DNA of 64,000 bases. It comes from Vicinamibacteria bacterium. GTDB taxonomy: Bacteria; Acidobacteriota; Vicinamibacteria; Marinacidobacterales; Marinacidobacteraceae. Numbering within the stretch: position 1 is the first letter of the stretch; the number at the start of each line of letters is the position of its first letter. Shown piece by piece: positions 40,349 through 50,595 of the stretch. Below the pieces are notes generated by a model. That model ran no database searches, had not been told where the DNA came from, and worked only from the letters and a program-made list of their open reading frames with translations. The translations under genes were made by a program, and so were the position numbers. The DNA is taken from assembly GCA_963668695.2 (NCBI GenBank), contig CAXXLQ010000004.1, positions 288,001 to 352,000 on the forward strand, read 5' to 3'.

Positions 40349-40421
40349 AGGCGGCGGGCGGATTCGAACCGCCGAATAGAGGTTTTGCAGACCTCCGCCT
40401 TGGCCACTTGGCTACGCCGCC
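40349..40421 (-). tRNA. tRNA-Cys(GCA)
   Basis: GGCGGCGTAGCCAAGTGG..GAGGTCTGCAAAACCTC..GGTTCGAATCC. Confidence 0.95.
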
Positions 40422-40437
40422 CTGACCTACCCATAAC

Positions 40438-40512
<75 letters not shown>

Positions 40513-40566
40513 CCGGCCTTGGAGAAAGGCGAGCGAGTATACCGCCCCGTCCGAGCCCGACCCGGC

Positions 40567-41025
40567 TCAGAACGCGCCGCGCCGGATCCGTACGGTGGGG
40601 CGGCGAAACACCTCCCGGAGGCGAGCCAGGAGGCGCCGGGGCCGCGTAGCAGGAAACCAGACTTCCACCACATCCATGCGGAGGTGCGATCCCGGGGGGA
40701 TCCTTTTTCGGGACGTTTCCCGCCGCCACATCCGCGCTGCAGAGCGCCGGATCCGGCGGCGCTTTTCGCGGTCGACGCGCTCCGCCGGATCTCCGAAGCC
40801 GCCCCGACGGGTCTTGACCTCGACGACGGCGAGGGTGTCTCCCTCCCATGCCACGATGTCCAGTTCCGCATCGCTTCGCCGGCGGCCGGGACGATAGTTC
40901 CTCGCCACTACCCGGTACCCGGACCGGCGAAGAACCCGGGCGGCGATCCGCTCGCCACGGGCTCCGAGCCTCAAATGTGGCGCTCGTCGCCGGAATGGCC
41001 AGCAAGCAACGCACCGCCGGACCAT
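40567..41025 (-). CDS. YraN family (UPF0102) PD-(D/E)xK protein
   Basis: LGARGE.IAA..L...GY.VVARNYR, ELDIVA, VEVKTR, RMDVV. Start uncertain. Confidence 0.85.
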   Translation of the reverse strand: MVRRCVACWPFRRRAPHLRLGARGERIAARVLRRSGYRVVARNYRPGRRRSDAELDIVAWEGDTLAVVEVKTRRGGFGDPAERVDREKRRRIRRSAARMWRRETSRKRIPPGSHLRMDVVEVWFPATRPRRLLARLREVFRRPTVRIRRGAF

Positions 41026-41039
41026 GGCCGCTCGGGCGC

Positions 41040-42497
41040 TCAGTCCTCGCGCCGCCGCCAAATGGTGCCCGACGAAGAATCCTCGAGAAGGATCCCGCGA
41101 GCGGCCAAATCGTCCCGGATCTCATCGGCGCGAGCGAAGTCCCTTCGTTGGCGCGCCTCCCGTCGCTCACGGATCAACTCGACCAGGTCGGCTGGCTCGT
41201 CGACGCGCTCGCCGGTCTCCGAGTCGGGGGCCATCTCGAAGCTGCCGAAGACCGTGTTCATCCTGCGGATCGCCGCTGCCCAGACTCCCGCCTCGGAGGC
41301 TCCTCCGGGTGCATGGAGCGCCCGGTTCCCTTCCCTCAGAGCGGTGAACACCTCGCTGAGCGCCTTCGACGTGTTCAGATCGTCATCCAGAGCTGCCTCG
41401 AAACGAACAAGGGCTTCGGCAACCCTGGTCGCGGCGCCGCCGGGAGACGCCGTGCCCTCATTCGCGGGGTCTCCCTCGCGGCGGGCCGCCTCGTCCGAAC
41501 GGCGCAGGAACTCGTTGACCCGGCCGATAGCGACTTCCGCCTGCCGGAGGCCGCCCTTCGTGAAGTTCAGTTGCTGGCGGTAGTGCACCCCGGCCAGCAG
41601 GTGACGGATCGTGGCTGGCGCAAAACCCTCGTCGATCAACTCGCGCACGGTGAATTGATTGCCGAGCGATTTGGACATTTTCCGGCCGTCCACCAGCAGG
41701 TGTTCGCAGTGGAACCAGTGACGAACGAAGGGGCTCCCGGTCGCGGCCTCGCTCTGGGCGATCTCGTTCTCGTGGTGCGGGAACACGAGATCCACGCCGC
41801 CGCAGTGCAGGTCGAAACCCGAGCCGAGAAGTTCCAATCCCATTGCTGAACATTCCAGATGCCAACCCGGACGGCCGGCGCCGAAAGGCGCATCCCAGAC
41901 CGGGTCACCCGGTTTCGCCACCTTCCAGAGGACGAAGTCCTGCGCGTCTTCCTTGTCGTACTCGTCGGAGTCCACGCGGGCGCCGGCGAGGCGGTCGGAG
42001 GCCGCCGCGCCGGAGAGCTGCCCGTAGCGGGGGAAGCTCGCAACCCGGAAATAGATGGAGCCGTCGGACTCGTAGGCGACCCCGCCCTCCAGTAGTTGCG
42101 TCACCAGCCGAATCATCGCCTCGATGTACTCGGGGTCGGTGGCTCGCGGATAGTGCTCGGCGCGCTCGATGCCCAGAGCGTCGGCATCGTCGAAGAACTC
42201 TTCGATGTAGCGGGTCGTGTAATCGCGCAGCGGCTCGCCCGCCTCCCCCGCACCCCGGATGGTCTTGTCATCGACGTCCGTGAAGTTCATCGCCTGAAGG
42301 ACCCGGTAGCCCTTGAAACGAAGGAAGCGGCGAAGGACGTCCTGGGCCACAAAGGTACGGAAGTTCCCGATATGTCCCCGGGCGTACACCGTGAGTCCGC
42401 ACGTGTACATCCGGACCTCGTCCGTACGTTTCGGCTGGAAGGGCTGAATGCGGCCGCCGAGGGTGTTGCGGAGCCGGAAGGTGCTTTTCCCGGACAT
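41040..42497 (-). CDS. cysS: Cysteine--tRNA ligase
   Basis: YTCGLTVY, HIGN, GRPGWHLECSAM, FPHHENE, KMSKS. Confidence 0.97.
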   Translation of the reverse strand: MSGKSTFRLRNTLGGRIQPFQPKRTDEVRMYTCGLTVYARGHIGNFRTFVAQDVLRRFLRFKGYRVLQAMNFTDVDDKTIRGAGEAGEPLRDYTTRYIEEFFDDADALGIERAEHYPRATDPEYIEAMIRLVTQLLEGGVAYESDGSIYFRVASFPRYGQLSGAAASDRLAGARVDSDEYDKEDAQDFVLWKVAKPGDPVWDAPFGAGRPGWHLECSAMGLELLGSGFDLHCGGVDLVFPHHENEIAQSEAATGSPFVRHWFHCEHLLVDGRKMSKSLGNQFTVRELIDEGFAPATIRHLLAGVHYRQQLNFTKGGLRQAEVAIGRVNEFLRRSDEAARREGDPANEGTASPGGAATRVAEALVRFEAALDDDLNTSKALSEVFTALREGNRALHAPGGASEAGVWAAAIRRMNTVFGSFEMAPDSETGERVDEPADLVELIRERREARQRRDFARADEIRDDLAARGILLEDSSSGTIWRRRED

Positions 42498-42510
42498 CGA
42501 CTACTCGTGA

Positions 42511-44334
42511 CTACTCGCGTGGACCACGCTTCAGGACGACCAGGGTGAGGTCATCGCGGAGCGGGTTTGGTCCGGAGAAGGCCCGAGCCCGCGAAAGCAG
42601 GTCCCCGCAAATGTCGCGCGCACTCAGCGAGCGAGCGGCGATCAACGCGTCCACGATGCGGGCGTCATCGAAGAGGCCGCCCGCCGGATCCTCAGCCTCG
42701 CTGAGTCCGTCGGTGAACATGGCGACCAGATCCCCGGGAGCAAGTTCGCAGGTGCCGACTTCGGTGTCGATGTCGGGAAACAGGCCGAGCACCGTCGAAC
42801 CCCGATCAAGACGCTCGACGGAACCGTCGGCCCGGACCAACACCGGATGGACATGCCCGGCGTTCAGGTAGTCGAGCCGGCCGGTCGAGGGTTCGAGCCG
42901 GGCCAGGATGGCGGTCATGTAGCGGTTGTCTTCCGTGTTCCGGTGCAGATGGTGATTCAGTTCTTCCGCGGCGCTGGCGATTCCGGACCGACCGTGCCGG
43001 AAGAAAGCGCGCAGCGACGCCTGAACCGAAGCCATGATGAGAGCCGGCCCGGCTCCCTTCCCCGACACGTCAGCGATCGTGACGAATATGGCTCCATCCA
43101 GGGTGAGGTAATCGTAGTAGTCACCCCCGACGGCAAGACAGGGAATGTTGATCCCCCACAGATCCCACCCGGGATATTCCGGAGCCTCCGCTGGCAGAAA
43201 GCGGGTCTGAATCTGGCGCGCCACCTCGAGTTCCTTCTCTTTCTGAATGGAGGCGCGGGTGAGGCGCAGGCTTTCGACCGCGGCTGACGCCTGTCCGGCG
43301 AGAGACGTCAGGAAGGCCCGGTCCGCCGACGAGAGTTCCCGACCGAACCCGGCCGCGCCCAGGAACAATGTCCCCTGCACCGCTCCGGAGCTGAACGGCA
43401 CAATCCAGCCGATCTCCAGTCTCGCCAATTCGCAGGACGTGCTCCAGTGGGAAATATCAGCGGTCGGACGAATCTTGTGCTCGCCGGCCAGGATCTCGGC
43501 GGCGCGCACGAGCGGAGCCCCGTCCTCGTCGGGACGCCTCGGCCCCTTGGCAGCGGCAACCCTCCCGCCGACCACTACGGCCGCCCGGCTGGCCAACACA
43601 TGACCCATCGCACCGTGGAGCAGCAGATCCCAAACCGCCGCCTCATCACGAGCCCGATGCAGCCCGGCAGTCAGGTCCATCAGCGAACGAAGCTGGTAGA
43701 CATGAAGCGAGAGTCGGCGGTTCGCCACCCGCAGTTCCTCGTCCCGGCGGCATTTTTCAAGCGCGGCCGCCGCGGAAGCCGCAAACACCTCGAGGAAATC
43801 GCTCTGCGACCCCGCCAACTCGGGATGGGGCGCGCCCAGCAGAAGTACTCCGCGGAGGCCGTCCCGGGTCTGAAGAAGCGTCGCGGATGACGCCCCCGCG
43901 TCGCGCATCAGCTGGCGAAAAGGAGCAGCGGCAGGTTCCTCTTCCGCATGCTCGCCGCCGGCCCGAAGTACGAGGGATTCCGGGAGGCGGTCGGGCACTT
44001 CCAGTCTCAGATCTTCCCAGCCAGGGGTTCCGGCACCCCGGCGGCCTGCCGGACACAACTGTCCTGCCTCATCGGGCAACAGCATGCCTGCCCAGCGGGC
44101 TCCGGTCTCGCCGAGCGCCACCAGCACAATGAGAGACGCCACCTCAGCTGCGTTCAACCGCTCGAAGGCCGCCGCCGTGAAGTCGGTGAGGGCCAGCAGT
44201 TCCGACACCCGGCGTTCCACCGCGGGGTTCATCTCCCCGAGATGCTGCGCGAACAACCGCTGGTATCGCGCCCCGGAGGACGAAGGCCGGTCCGGTTCGA
44301 TCCTGCGAGCGGTACGCGTGGTCATAAGGGGCAC
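42511..44334 (-). CDS. GAF-like + PP2C (SpoIIE/RsbU-type) phosphatase
   Basis: ARQIQ, VGGDYYD, ADVSGKG, NAGH, FTDGLSE, DDLTLVV. Confidence 0.9.
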   Translation of the reverse strand: MPLMTTRTARRIEPDRPSSSGARYQRLFAQHLGEMNPAVERRVSELLALTDFTAAAFERLNAAEVASLIVLVALGETGARWAGMLLPDEAGQLCPAGRRGAGTPGWEDLRLEVPDRLPESLVLRAGGEHAEEEPAAAPFRQLMRDAGASSATLLQTRDGLRGVLLLGAPHPELAGSQSDFLEVFAASAAAALEKCRRDEELRVANRRLSLHVYQLRSLMDLTAGLHRARDEAAVWDLLLHGAMGHVLASRAAVVVGGRVAAAKGPRRPDEDGAPLVRAAEILAGEHKIRPTADISHWSTSCELARLEIGWIVPFSSGAVQGTLFLGAAGFGRELSSADRAFLTSLAGQASAAVESLRLTRASIQKEKELEVARQIQTRFLPAEAPEYPGWDLWGINIPCLAVGGDYYDYLTLDGAIFVTIADVSGKGAGPALIMASVQASLRAFFRHGRSGIASAAEELNHHLHRNTEDNRYMTAILARLEPSTGRLDYLNAGHVHPVLVRADGSVERLDRGSTVLGLFPDIDTEVGTCELAPGDLVAMFTDGLSEAEDPAGGLFDDARIVDALIAARSLSARDICGDLLSRARAFSGPNPLRDDLTLVVLKRGPRE

Positions 44335-44418
44335 GCCCGCAGCGTCGTCCCGTGCGGTAGAGGAGATCGCGCCGATACGGACCAGCGGGAGCGGCAGTCT
44401 GGGCCCGTCTTCACCGGA

Positions 44419-44892
44419 TCAGGACTCCCGCCCGGACGTGGGACCCGATGAACCGCAACCAGAATCGCGCCGATTGCGTTCGAGCACCCAGCATCCGAGA
44501 CCAGCTCCCAGCTGTTCGTGAACCACGCGGTCCATGAGCCGACGCATGAGATGAACCCCCAACCCGCCCCGGCGCCGCTCGCGCGCCAACCGTCCGAGAT
44601 CCACCCCGGTCGGAAGGCGCCGTGGCGCATCGCCGCGGTGTTCCAGTTCGATCCGCAGCGTCTCGGGCCTCGGCAGAAAGCGCAGCCGAATCGCATGACC
44701 CGGTTTGCCGCGGTATGCATGTTTGACGACGTTGGTCATCGCCTCTCCGACCGCCACCGCGATCTCCTCCGCGGCAGCCGGATCGAAACCTTCAGCAATC
44801 GCCATCCGCCGCGTCGCCTCGTGCACCAGGCTCAGGCACTCGCAGGTTGCCGGAACGTCGATCTGGAGCGGCGCCCTTTCCCCGTTCGACAG
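44419..44892 (-). CDS. RsbW-like anti-sigma factor / Ser kinase (HATPase)
   Basis: AVGEAMTNVVKHAY, RGGLGVHLMRRLMD. No canonical start near the expected position (CTG 44892 is possible). Confidence 0.8.
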   Translation of the reverse strand: MSNGERAPLQIDVPATCECLSLVHEATRRMAIAEGFDPAAAEEIAVAVGEAMTNVVKHAYRGKPGHAIRLRFLPRPETLRIELEHRGDAPRRLPTGVDLGRLARERRRGGLGVHLMRRLMDRVVHEQLGAGLGCWVLERNRRDSGCGSSGPTSGRES

Positions 44893-44893
44893 C

Positions 44894-45244
44894 TCAGTAG
44901 CCTCCAAAGCTGAGAACCGCTTCCTCCTCGGTCTCGAAGGTACGGCACAGGCGGTCGAAGCCCAGCACCCGGAAAATATGGGCGACGGTCTCGGTAAGCG
45001 CGGCCACGCGGATGTCTCCGCCACCCGCCCGGGCTTCTTCGATGAGGCCCATGATCGCCCCGAAGCCGGCACTGGCCACATAAGAAAGATGGGCGCCACT
45101 GATCACGATCCGCACGTCCCCGGCCTCGACGAGCGCGTTCAGCACCCTTTCGAACTCGGCCACGGTGTGCGCATTGATGAAGCCCCGCGGCTCCACCACG
45201 ACCGCCTCGGCGGCGCGGCGGGTGGCGACTTTCAGATCAGGCAT
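44894..45244 (-). CDS. STAS anti-sigma factor antagonist (RsbV-like)
   Basis: GFINAHTV, LSYVASAGFG, IFRVLGF. Confidence 0.9.
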   Translation of the reverse strand: MPDLKVATRRAAEAVVVEPRGFINAHTVAEFERVLNALVEAGDVRIVISGAHLSYVASAGFGAIMGLIEEARAGGGDIRVAALTETVAHIFRVLGFDRLCRTFETEEEAVLSFGGY

Positions 45245-45273
45245 GGGAAAGCATCTCCGACGCAGGGGCGCGT

Positions 45274-46275
45274 CTACCCGGCAAGTACCGCCTCCGCAGC
45301 CCGAGGCAACGCCTCGGGCGCAGGCAACGCGACCAGATCACGAGCTCGCGCCACATCGCGTTCAAGTTGTCTCCGCAGGGCTTCCGGCCCGGCGAAACCC
45401 CGGACCTCTCGCAGATGGGACAGGAAGCGCACCCGGAGGCGGGACACCCCACCGGAGAATCCCATCATGTGCACCTCCAGCGAAGGAGAATCGTCGAAGG
45501 TGGGCCGCGGGCCGTAGTGGACCACCGCCCGGAAGAGATGCCCCTCGGGAGCGGTTACGGCATCCGCGGCGTACACCCCGTGAGGCAGCAGCACGTCGCT
45601 GTCGGCGGAAATGTTCGCGGTCGGGAAACCGAGGCCGCGACCCCGCCCCCGTCCCGGAACCACCGAGCCCTCGATCTCATACGACCAACCCAGGAGGTTC
45701 GTCGCCAAATCGAGCTCACCGGCAGTAAGCGCCCGACGAATCCTGGTCGACGAAACGATCTCCCTTTCCCACGTCACCGACGGCGCTTCGATCACCGAGA
45801 AGCCGTGGCGCTCACCAAGGTCACGAAGCGTCTCCAGACTCCCGGTCCGGCCGCGGCCGAACCGGAAGTTCGCCCCCTGGACCACGGCGGCGGCTCCGAG
45901 CCGGCCGATCAGAAGTCGATTTACGAAGTCGGCGGGCGACGTCCGCGCCATCGCCTCGCCGAACTCGAGCACCACCAGACGTTCGACGCCGGCGGCGGCC
46001 AGCCGCTCGGCCTTCAGGGGAAGACTGGTGATTGTTCTGGGCGCCCGGTCTGGCCGCAGCAGGCGAGCAGGATGAGGATCGAAAGTAACCGCGACGCACT
46101 CGGCGCGGTGTCTCCGCGCTTCCTGTCGGGCCAGGTCAAGGCCCGCCTGGTGACCGCGGTGGACTCCGTCAAAGTTCCCAACGGTAACCACCGCTGATCC
46201 CGCCGCACCGCCGCCCCTGCCCTCACTGGAGTGACGAGACGCAGTTGGCAGTTCGTGAAGCCGCTCGATTCTCAT
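45274..46275 (-). CDS. ribF: Bifunctional riboflavin kinase/FAD synthetase
   Basis: GNFDGVHRGHQ, TFDPHP, SSTRIR, GRGLGFPTAN. Confidence 0.95.
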   Translation of the reverse strand: MRIERLHELPTASRHSSEGRGGGAAGSAVVTVGNFDGVHRGHQAGLDLARQEARRHRAECVAVTFDPHPARLLRPDRAPRTITSLPLKAERLAAAGVERLVVLEFGEAMARTSPADFVNRLLIGRLGAAAVVQGANFRFGRGRTGSLETLRDLGERHGFSVIEAPSVTWEREIVSSTRIRRALTAGELDLATNLLGWSYEIEGSVVPGRGRGRGLGFPTANISADSDVLLPHGVYAADAVTAPEGHLFRAVVHYGPRPTFDDSPSLEVHMMGFSGGVSRLRVRFLSHLREVRGFAGPEALRRQLERDVARARDLVALPAPEALPRAAEAVLAG

Positions 46276-46748
46276 GCGCCGGGCGCCTTCGCGCGTTCCA
46301 TGTAGGCGATCCGCAACTGGTAGAGGGCCTGAGAAACCAGACGGGCGTCACCGGGAGCGAGGCGACCTCTGGTTTTTTCTTCGAGTACCTCCAGCAGGCC
46401 GATCACCGCCTGGAGTCCCTGCAGCGCTTCGGCTTGCTGCGGGCCGGTCGCCGATCCGGACTTGCCGCCTGCCCCGGAAGTCTCCTCCAGAAGCACCGCG
46501 GCCTGGGAAAAGAGCAGGGATATGAGTTGTTTGAACCGAGGGTCTTCCTCGGGTGCGGGACCCGGGTCCGCAGCCGACCCGGCGGGCCCGGAGGGAGGCC
46601 CGGTCGAGGCGCCCGGTTGAGCCCCAAGCAAGGGGGTGGAAGCAGGCGTCTCGTTCCGCGGATCCGCATCCGCGCGGCGGGAACCGTCGGGCGCAAAGGC
46701 ACGGCGGTCCCTGACAACAATTCGCGGAGATCTCTCCTCTTCACTCAT
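46272..46748 (-). CDS. DUF1844-like protein
   Basis: VRDRRAF N-terminus, with IGLLEVLEEKTRGRL..LYQLRIAY. Confidence 0.75.
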   Translation of the reverse strand: MSEEERSPRIVVRDRRAFAPDGSRRADADPRNETPASTPLLGAQPGASTGPPSGPAGSAADPGPAPEEDPRFKQLISLLFSQAAVLLEETSGAGGKSGSATGPQQAEALQGLQAVIGLLEVLEEKTRGRLAPGDARLVSQALYQLRIAYMERAKAPGA

Positions 46749-46853
46749 CCGGTGTCGGGGCCGCGGTGAAAAAGCGGCTCGCCTACGGGAATCCTAGTCC
46801 CGTCACGCGGTCTGCGAGCCGATTGCCGTCTTGAAACGGCAGTTGGCGGTGAA

Positions 46854-47140
46854 CAGCCGGTGAACAAAGTCCGGCGGCATTCCCGAGTCAAGAGGGATCG
46901 GGGCCGGGTGTCCCCGTCCCCCATCCCTCTCGCTCCGGGGTCTCCGCGGTGCTCGCGCCCCGCTACGGAAGCCCGAGCCAGAAGGGATGGGGGTCGGGTA
47001 GCCCCGCCACCCGTCCCTTCCGCTCCGGGGTCTCCGCGGTGCTCGCGCCCCGCTACGGAAGCCCGAGCGGCGATGCATCCCGGCTGAACCGCCCGGCTTC
47101 GCGTGGCTCATCGTTGCGCTTCGCTCGCAATACACTCGGG
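46854..47140. repeat. Truncated family A MITE containing two tandem family D modules
   Basis: CAGCCGGTGAACAAAGTC end, two copies of GCTCCGGGGTCTCCGCGGTGCTCGCGCCCCGCTACGGAAGCCCGAGC, then MITE body up to TACACTCGGG. Confidence 0.8.
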
Positions 47141-47147
47141 CCCCCTC

Positions 47148-47852
47148 ATGAAGAATCCAAGAGACATCTCCCGAGTCCCTGAACCCGCAGCCGCCGGCGC
47201 CGCCGAGGTTGCCGGCCTGATCGAAGTGATGGCGAAGCTGCGGGCCCAGGAGGGCTGCCCCTGGGACCGGGAGCAGACCTGGCAATCCCTGCGTCGCTAT
47301 GTGCTTGAGGAAGCACACGAATTGGTGGACGCCGTGGACCGCGAGGATCCGTCTGCCGTCCTCGAGGAGTGTGGTGACCTGCTGCTCGAGGTGGTCTTCA
47401 TGGCTCAGATCGCCCATGAGGAGGGCCGTTTCGGCATGGCGGAGGTGGCCCACGGGATCACGCGCAAGTTGATCCGCCGCCACCCCCACGTCTTCGGAGG
47501 GCAGGAGCGCGCCTCGAATGCGGACGAAGCACTCGCGAGCTGGGAAGCGATCAAGGCCTCCGAAAAGTCCGGACGCCCCGCGGAACGAGGTCCCCTGCCC
47601 CGGGGTCTTCCGGCGCTGTTGCTTGCTATGAAGGCCATCGAACGCACAGCGGCCTCCAGCCAGGGGGACGGGCCGGACCAGGACGCCATTCTCGCCGCAC
47701 TCACGAAGATGAAGGCCGCGCGGCGGGCCGAAGATCGAGACGCAGTCGAGACGGCCCTCGGCGACCTCCTGCTGGCGGTCGCGCGGGGAGCCCGGCAGGA
47801 TGGATTGGATCCCGAATCGGCTCTCCGGAACGCGGTTCGCCGCATGCCCTGA
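47148..47852 (+). CDS. mazG: Nucleoside triphosphate pyrophosphohydrolase MazG
   Basis: LR..GCPWDREQT..SL..YVLEE..E, EECGDLL, KLIRRHPHVFG. Second domain is degenerate. Confidence 0.92.
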   Translation: MKNPRDISRVPEPAAAGAAEVAGLIEVMAKLRAQEGCPWDREQTWQSLRRYVLEEAHELVDAVDREDPSAVLEECGDLLLEVVFMAQIAHEEGRFGMAEVAHGITRKLIRRHPHVFGGQERASNADEALASWEAIKASEKSGRPAERGPLPRGLPALLLAMKAIERTAASSQGDGPDQDAILAALTKMKAARRAEDRDAVETALGDLLLAVARGARQDGLDPESALRNAVRRMP

Positions 47853-48016
47853 GGGTGGACAATGTGACATCAGCGGCCAGTTCTCCCGGTGGGGGCGAGG
47901 CGTCCCGCTGGCAACGGCGAGGGAGGAGCCCCCACCGGGAGGAAACACGGGGTTCGCTTCGCCGTCCCCGGACGGATCCGGGCAATGGGCGAGGGTGGTG
48001 GTGTGAGTTTCGCGGC

Positions 48017-50581
48017 CTACGGCCGCGATGCCGGTCTGCGGACCGGCGCTCCTGGCGCTCCTTCGGGACGGAACGTGCTCACGGAAATGCGGCCGTCCGC
48101 GCCGATGGCGACGGTCACCGCACCGGATAGATCGGTCCGGTAGATCTGGGCGCCGCTTCTGCTGAGGCGCTCCAGCACGCCGTCATCCGGAAGACGCCGT
48201 CTGGGATCGGCGCGGACCGAAACGAGCGCCACCTGGGGGGCTACCGCGGCGAGGAACTCCGGCGTCGTGGAAGAGCGGCTGCCGTGATGACCGACCTTGA
48301 GCACATCCGAACGCAGAGCCGCGCCATAGCGGTCCAGCAAAACCCGCTCGGTTGCCTCCCCGGCGTCGCCGGTGAGAAGAAGCCGCTTTCCGGCGTAGTC
48401 CACGGCCAGCACGACCGAGCGCTCGTTGGACCGCTCTCGCGGCCCGGGCCGGTGGTCGCCGGAGGCAAGCACCGAGAACCGGGCGCCGCCCAACTCGAAA
48501 CGCTCCCCGGCTCTAAGGCGCCGCAGCGGAATCCCCCGCCGCACCCGCTCGCGGTGTATCTGCCCGACCGCGGTGCGACGATCCTCCACGGTCCCTCCGC
48601 CCTCCCAGAGTTCGTCCACCCCGAAGTTGCGGAACACTGCCGGGAAACCACCAACGTGATCCAGATCCCCGTGGGTGGGAACGGCGGCCCGGAGACGCCG
48701 GTAGCCCATCTCGGCCAGGAACGGAGTAACGATCGCCTCGCCGGCGCTCCATCCATCGAATGCAGTACCCGCGTCGAGGAGTACCGCACCGCCGGCGGGG
48801 AGGCCAAGAACCAGCGCGTCACCCATCCCTACATCCAGCGCGGTGAGCCGAAGTGTCCCGTCCGCAGGCTCCGAGAGCGGCAGCGTGGCCAGACCAAGGA
48901 GAACGATGAGCGCGGCCGGCAGGATTCTTCGCCTACCGCGGAGCGTCAGGACGACGATCGCCGTTCCCAGCCATGCCAGGAGCCAGATAAACGCCGGGCG
49001 GGCCACGGGAAAGGCGCCGAACGAAAGCCCGGCGCCCCATTCGCTCAGCCCGATGAGAGCCTCGGTGGCAATCGTGAGAAGCGCGCCCACCGCGTCCGCC
49101 GGAAGTCCGGTCCCGGCAAGCGCCAGCCAGGCGAACCCAAGACCGAGAACCGGTCCCGCCAACAGACCGGCCGGAACGGCGATCAGCAGCCCGCCGAACA
49201 CGACCCGGCCGAAATGCCAGGCGAGGATGGGGAAGGTAGCGAGCTGCGCCGCGACCGTGACACCCAACGGAACCAGAATCCAGGCGCGCCAGCGGCCCGG
49301 GCGTTCCCACGAGACTTCGGCGGGGTCTTCCGGACGGAAGGCGGCGATGATCCCCAGGGTGGCGGCGAAGCTGAGCTGGAACCCCGCGTCGAGTGCGTTC
49401 CACGGCGACCAGGCGAGCAAAACCAAGGCGGCCAGCCCCAGCCCGTTCATGGCCTCTCCAAAGAGTCCGCGGCGCAACCCCAGGATCACGACCGTCGCCA
49501 TCAGGACAGCGCGCACCACCGAAGGGCGCGCTCCGCAGAGCGCGGCGTAGAGCGGAAGCGCGAACAACAGAATCGCGAGCGCCTTCCGGCGCGGTACGCC
49601 GACCAGTACCGCCATTCCATAGATCAGCAGGCTGAGCAGTCCCACGTGGAGCCCGCTGACCGCCATCAGGTGAAGCGTTCCCGCGTCCCGGAAGGCCCGC
49701 TCCGTCTCCGGCGGAGCCAGGGTGCGATCTCCGATGAGCATCGCTGCCACGACCGCCAGCACGTCGTCGGGGAAGCCTCCACTCTGGAGGCGCTCCCGGC
49801 TCCGGGCTCTGAGAACCTGCAATGCTCGCCAGGGCGCCGGCCCCGGTGCGACTTCCCGGACCAGCACTCCGCTCTTGGTGGAGCCGAAGAGGGCGACCGG
49901 CCCCCGAATCTCGCGCCCCCCCGGGTTTCCCGGCGGGCGCGGTTCGGAAACCCGCGACCAGATGGAGATTCGCGTGCCTCGGGAAAGCCTTCGGAGGTGC
50001 TCCCGGTGATTGCCGTCCACGGTGATCCGCGCCTCCCCGCGCACCGGCCATTCCTGGCGGTTGGCGGCCAGCCGATCCACCTTCAGAGCGATCGAGGTGC
50101 GACGACCGGAATCTTCCGCGTCGTACAGCAGGACTCCCTCGAGCCGGACGGGGCGTGCCAGGCGTTCGGCACCCAGAGCGCGGACGGTCTCCGCAAGGGG
50201 CGACACCGCTCCGGGAGCGGGACGATTGAGGGCGCCAGCCACAAAAGCCGCTACCAGCAGGAGCCCCGTCTTGATGCCGGCGGGGGCCCCGGAGAGTCGG
50301 CCTCCCCGGCGCCGCCGAAGTGGGTTCTCAGCCAGCAGACTCGGGGCGAGCAGGCCGGCCCCGAGCACAAACAGTGCGCCCAGCAGGAATCGCGGCCACA
50401 CCGGCGGTCCGGGCATCACCGCAGAAGCAGCGACCCCTCCCCAGAAAGAGGCGGCCAGCAGGAGCAGCGGGGCAGGCGCGGTTCGGGCGGTGGGCGCGGT
50501 TCGGGCGGTGGGCGCTCCCTCGGAAGGGCCGGCCGGGGGTTCGGTCCGGGTTTCGGGAAGGTGGGGATTTCTGATCTCCAC
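48017..50581 (-). CDS. comEC: Competence protein ComEC/Rec2
   Basis: HLMAVSGLHV, PSVVRA, GFQLSF, LDVGMGD, THGDLDH, KVGHHGS. Start uncertain. Confidence 0.92.
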   Translation of the reverse strand: MEIRNPHLPETRTEPPAGPSEGAPTARTAPTARTAPAPLLLLAASFWGGVAASAVMPGPPVWPRFLLGALFVLGAGLLAPSLLAENPLRRRRGGRLSGAPAGIKTGLLLVAAFVAGALNRPAPGAVSPLAETVRALGAERLARPVRLEGVLLYDAEDSGRRTSIALKVDRLAANRQEWPVRGEARITVDGNHREHLRRLSRGTRISIWSRVSEPRPPGNPGGREIRGPVALFGSTKSGVLVREVAPGPAPWRALQVLRARSRERLQSGGFPDDVLAVVAAMLIGDRTLAPPETERAFRDAGTLHLMAVSGLHVGLLSLLIYGMAVLVGVPRRKALAILLFALPLYAALCGARPSVVRAVLMATVVILGLRRGLFGEAMNGLGLAALVLLAWSPWNALDAGFQLSFAATLGIIAAFRPEDPAEVSWERPGRWRAWILVPLGVTVAAQLATFPILAWHFGRVVFGGLLIAVPAGLLAGPVLGLGFAWLALAGTGLPADAVGALLTIATEALIGLSEWGAGLSFGAFPVARPAFIWLLAWLGTAIVVLTLRGRRRILPAALIVLLGLATLPLSEPADGTLRLTALDVGMGDALVLGLPAGGAVLLDAGTAFDGWSAGEAIVTPFLAEMGYRRLRAAVPTHGDLDHVGGFPAVFRNFGVDELWEGGGTVEDRRTAVGQIHRERVRRGIPLRRLRAGERFELGGARFSVLASGDHRPGPRERSNERSVVLAVDYAGKRLLLTGDAGEATERVLLDRYGAALRSDVLKVGHHGSRSSTTPEFLAAVAPQVALVSVRADPRRRLPDDGVLERLSRSGAQIYRTDLSGAVTVAIGADGRISVSTFRPEGAPGAPVRRPASRP

Positions 50582-50595
50582 CGGACGCCCGTCCC

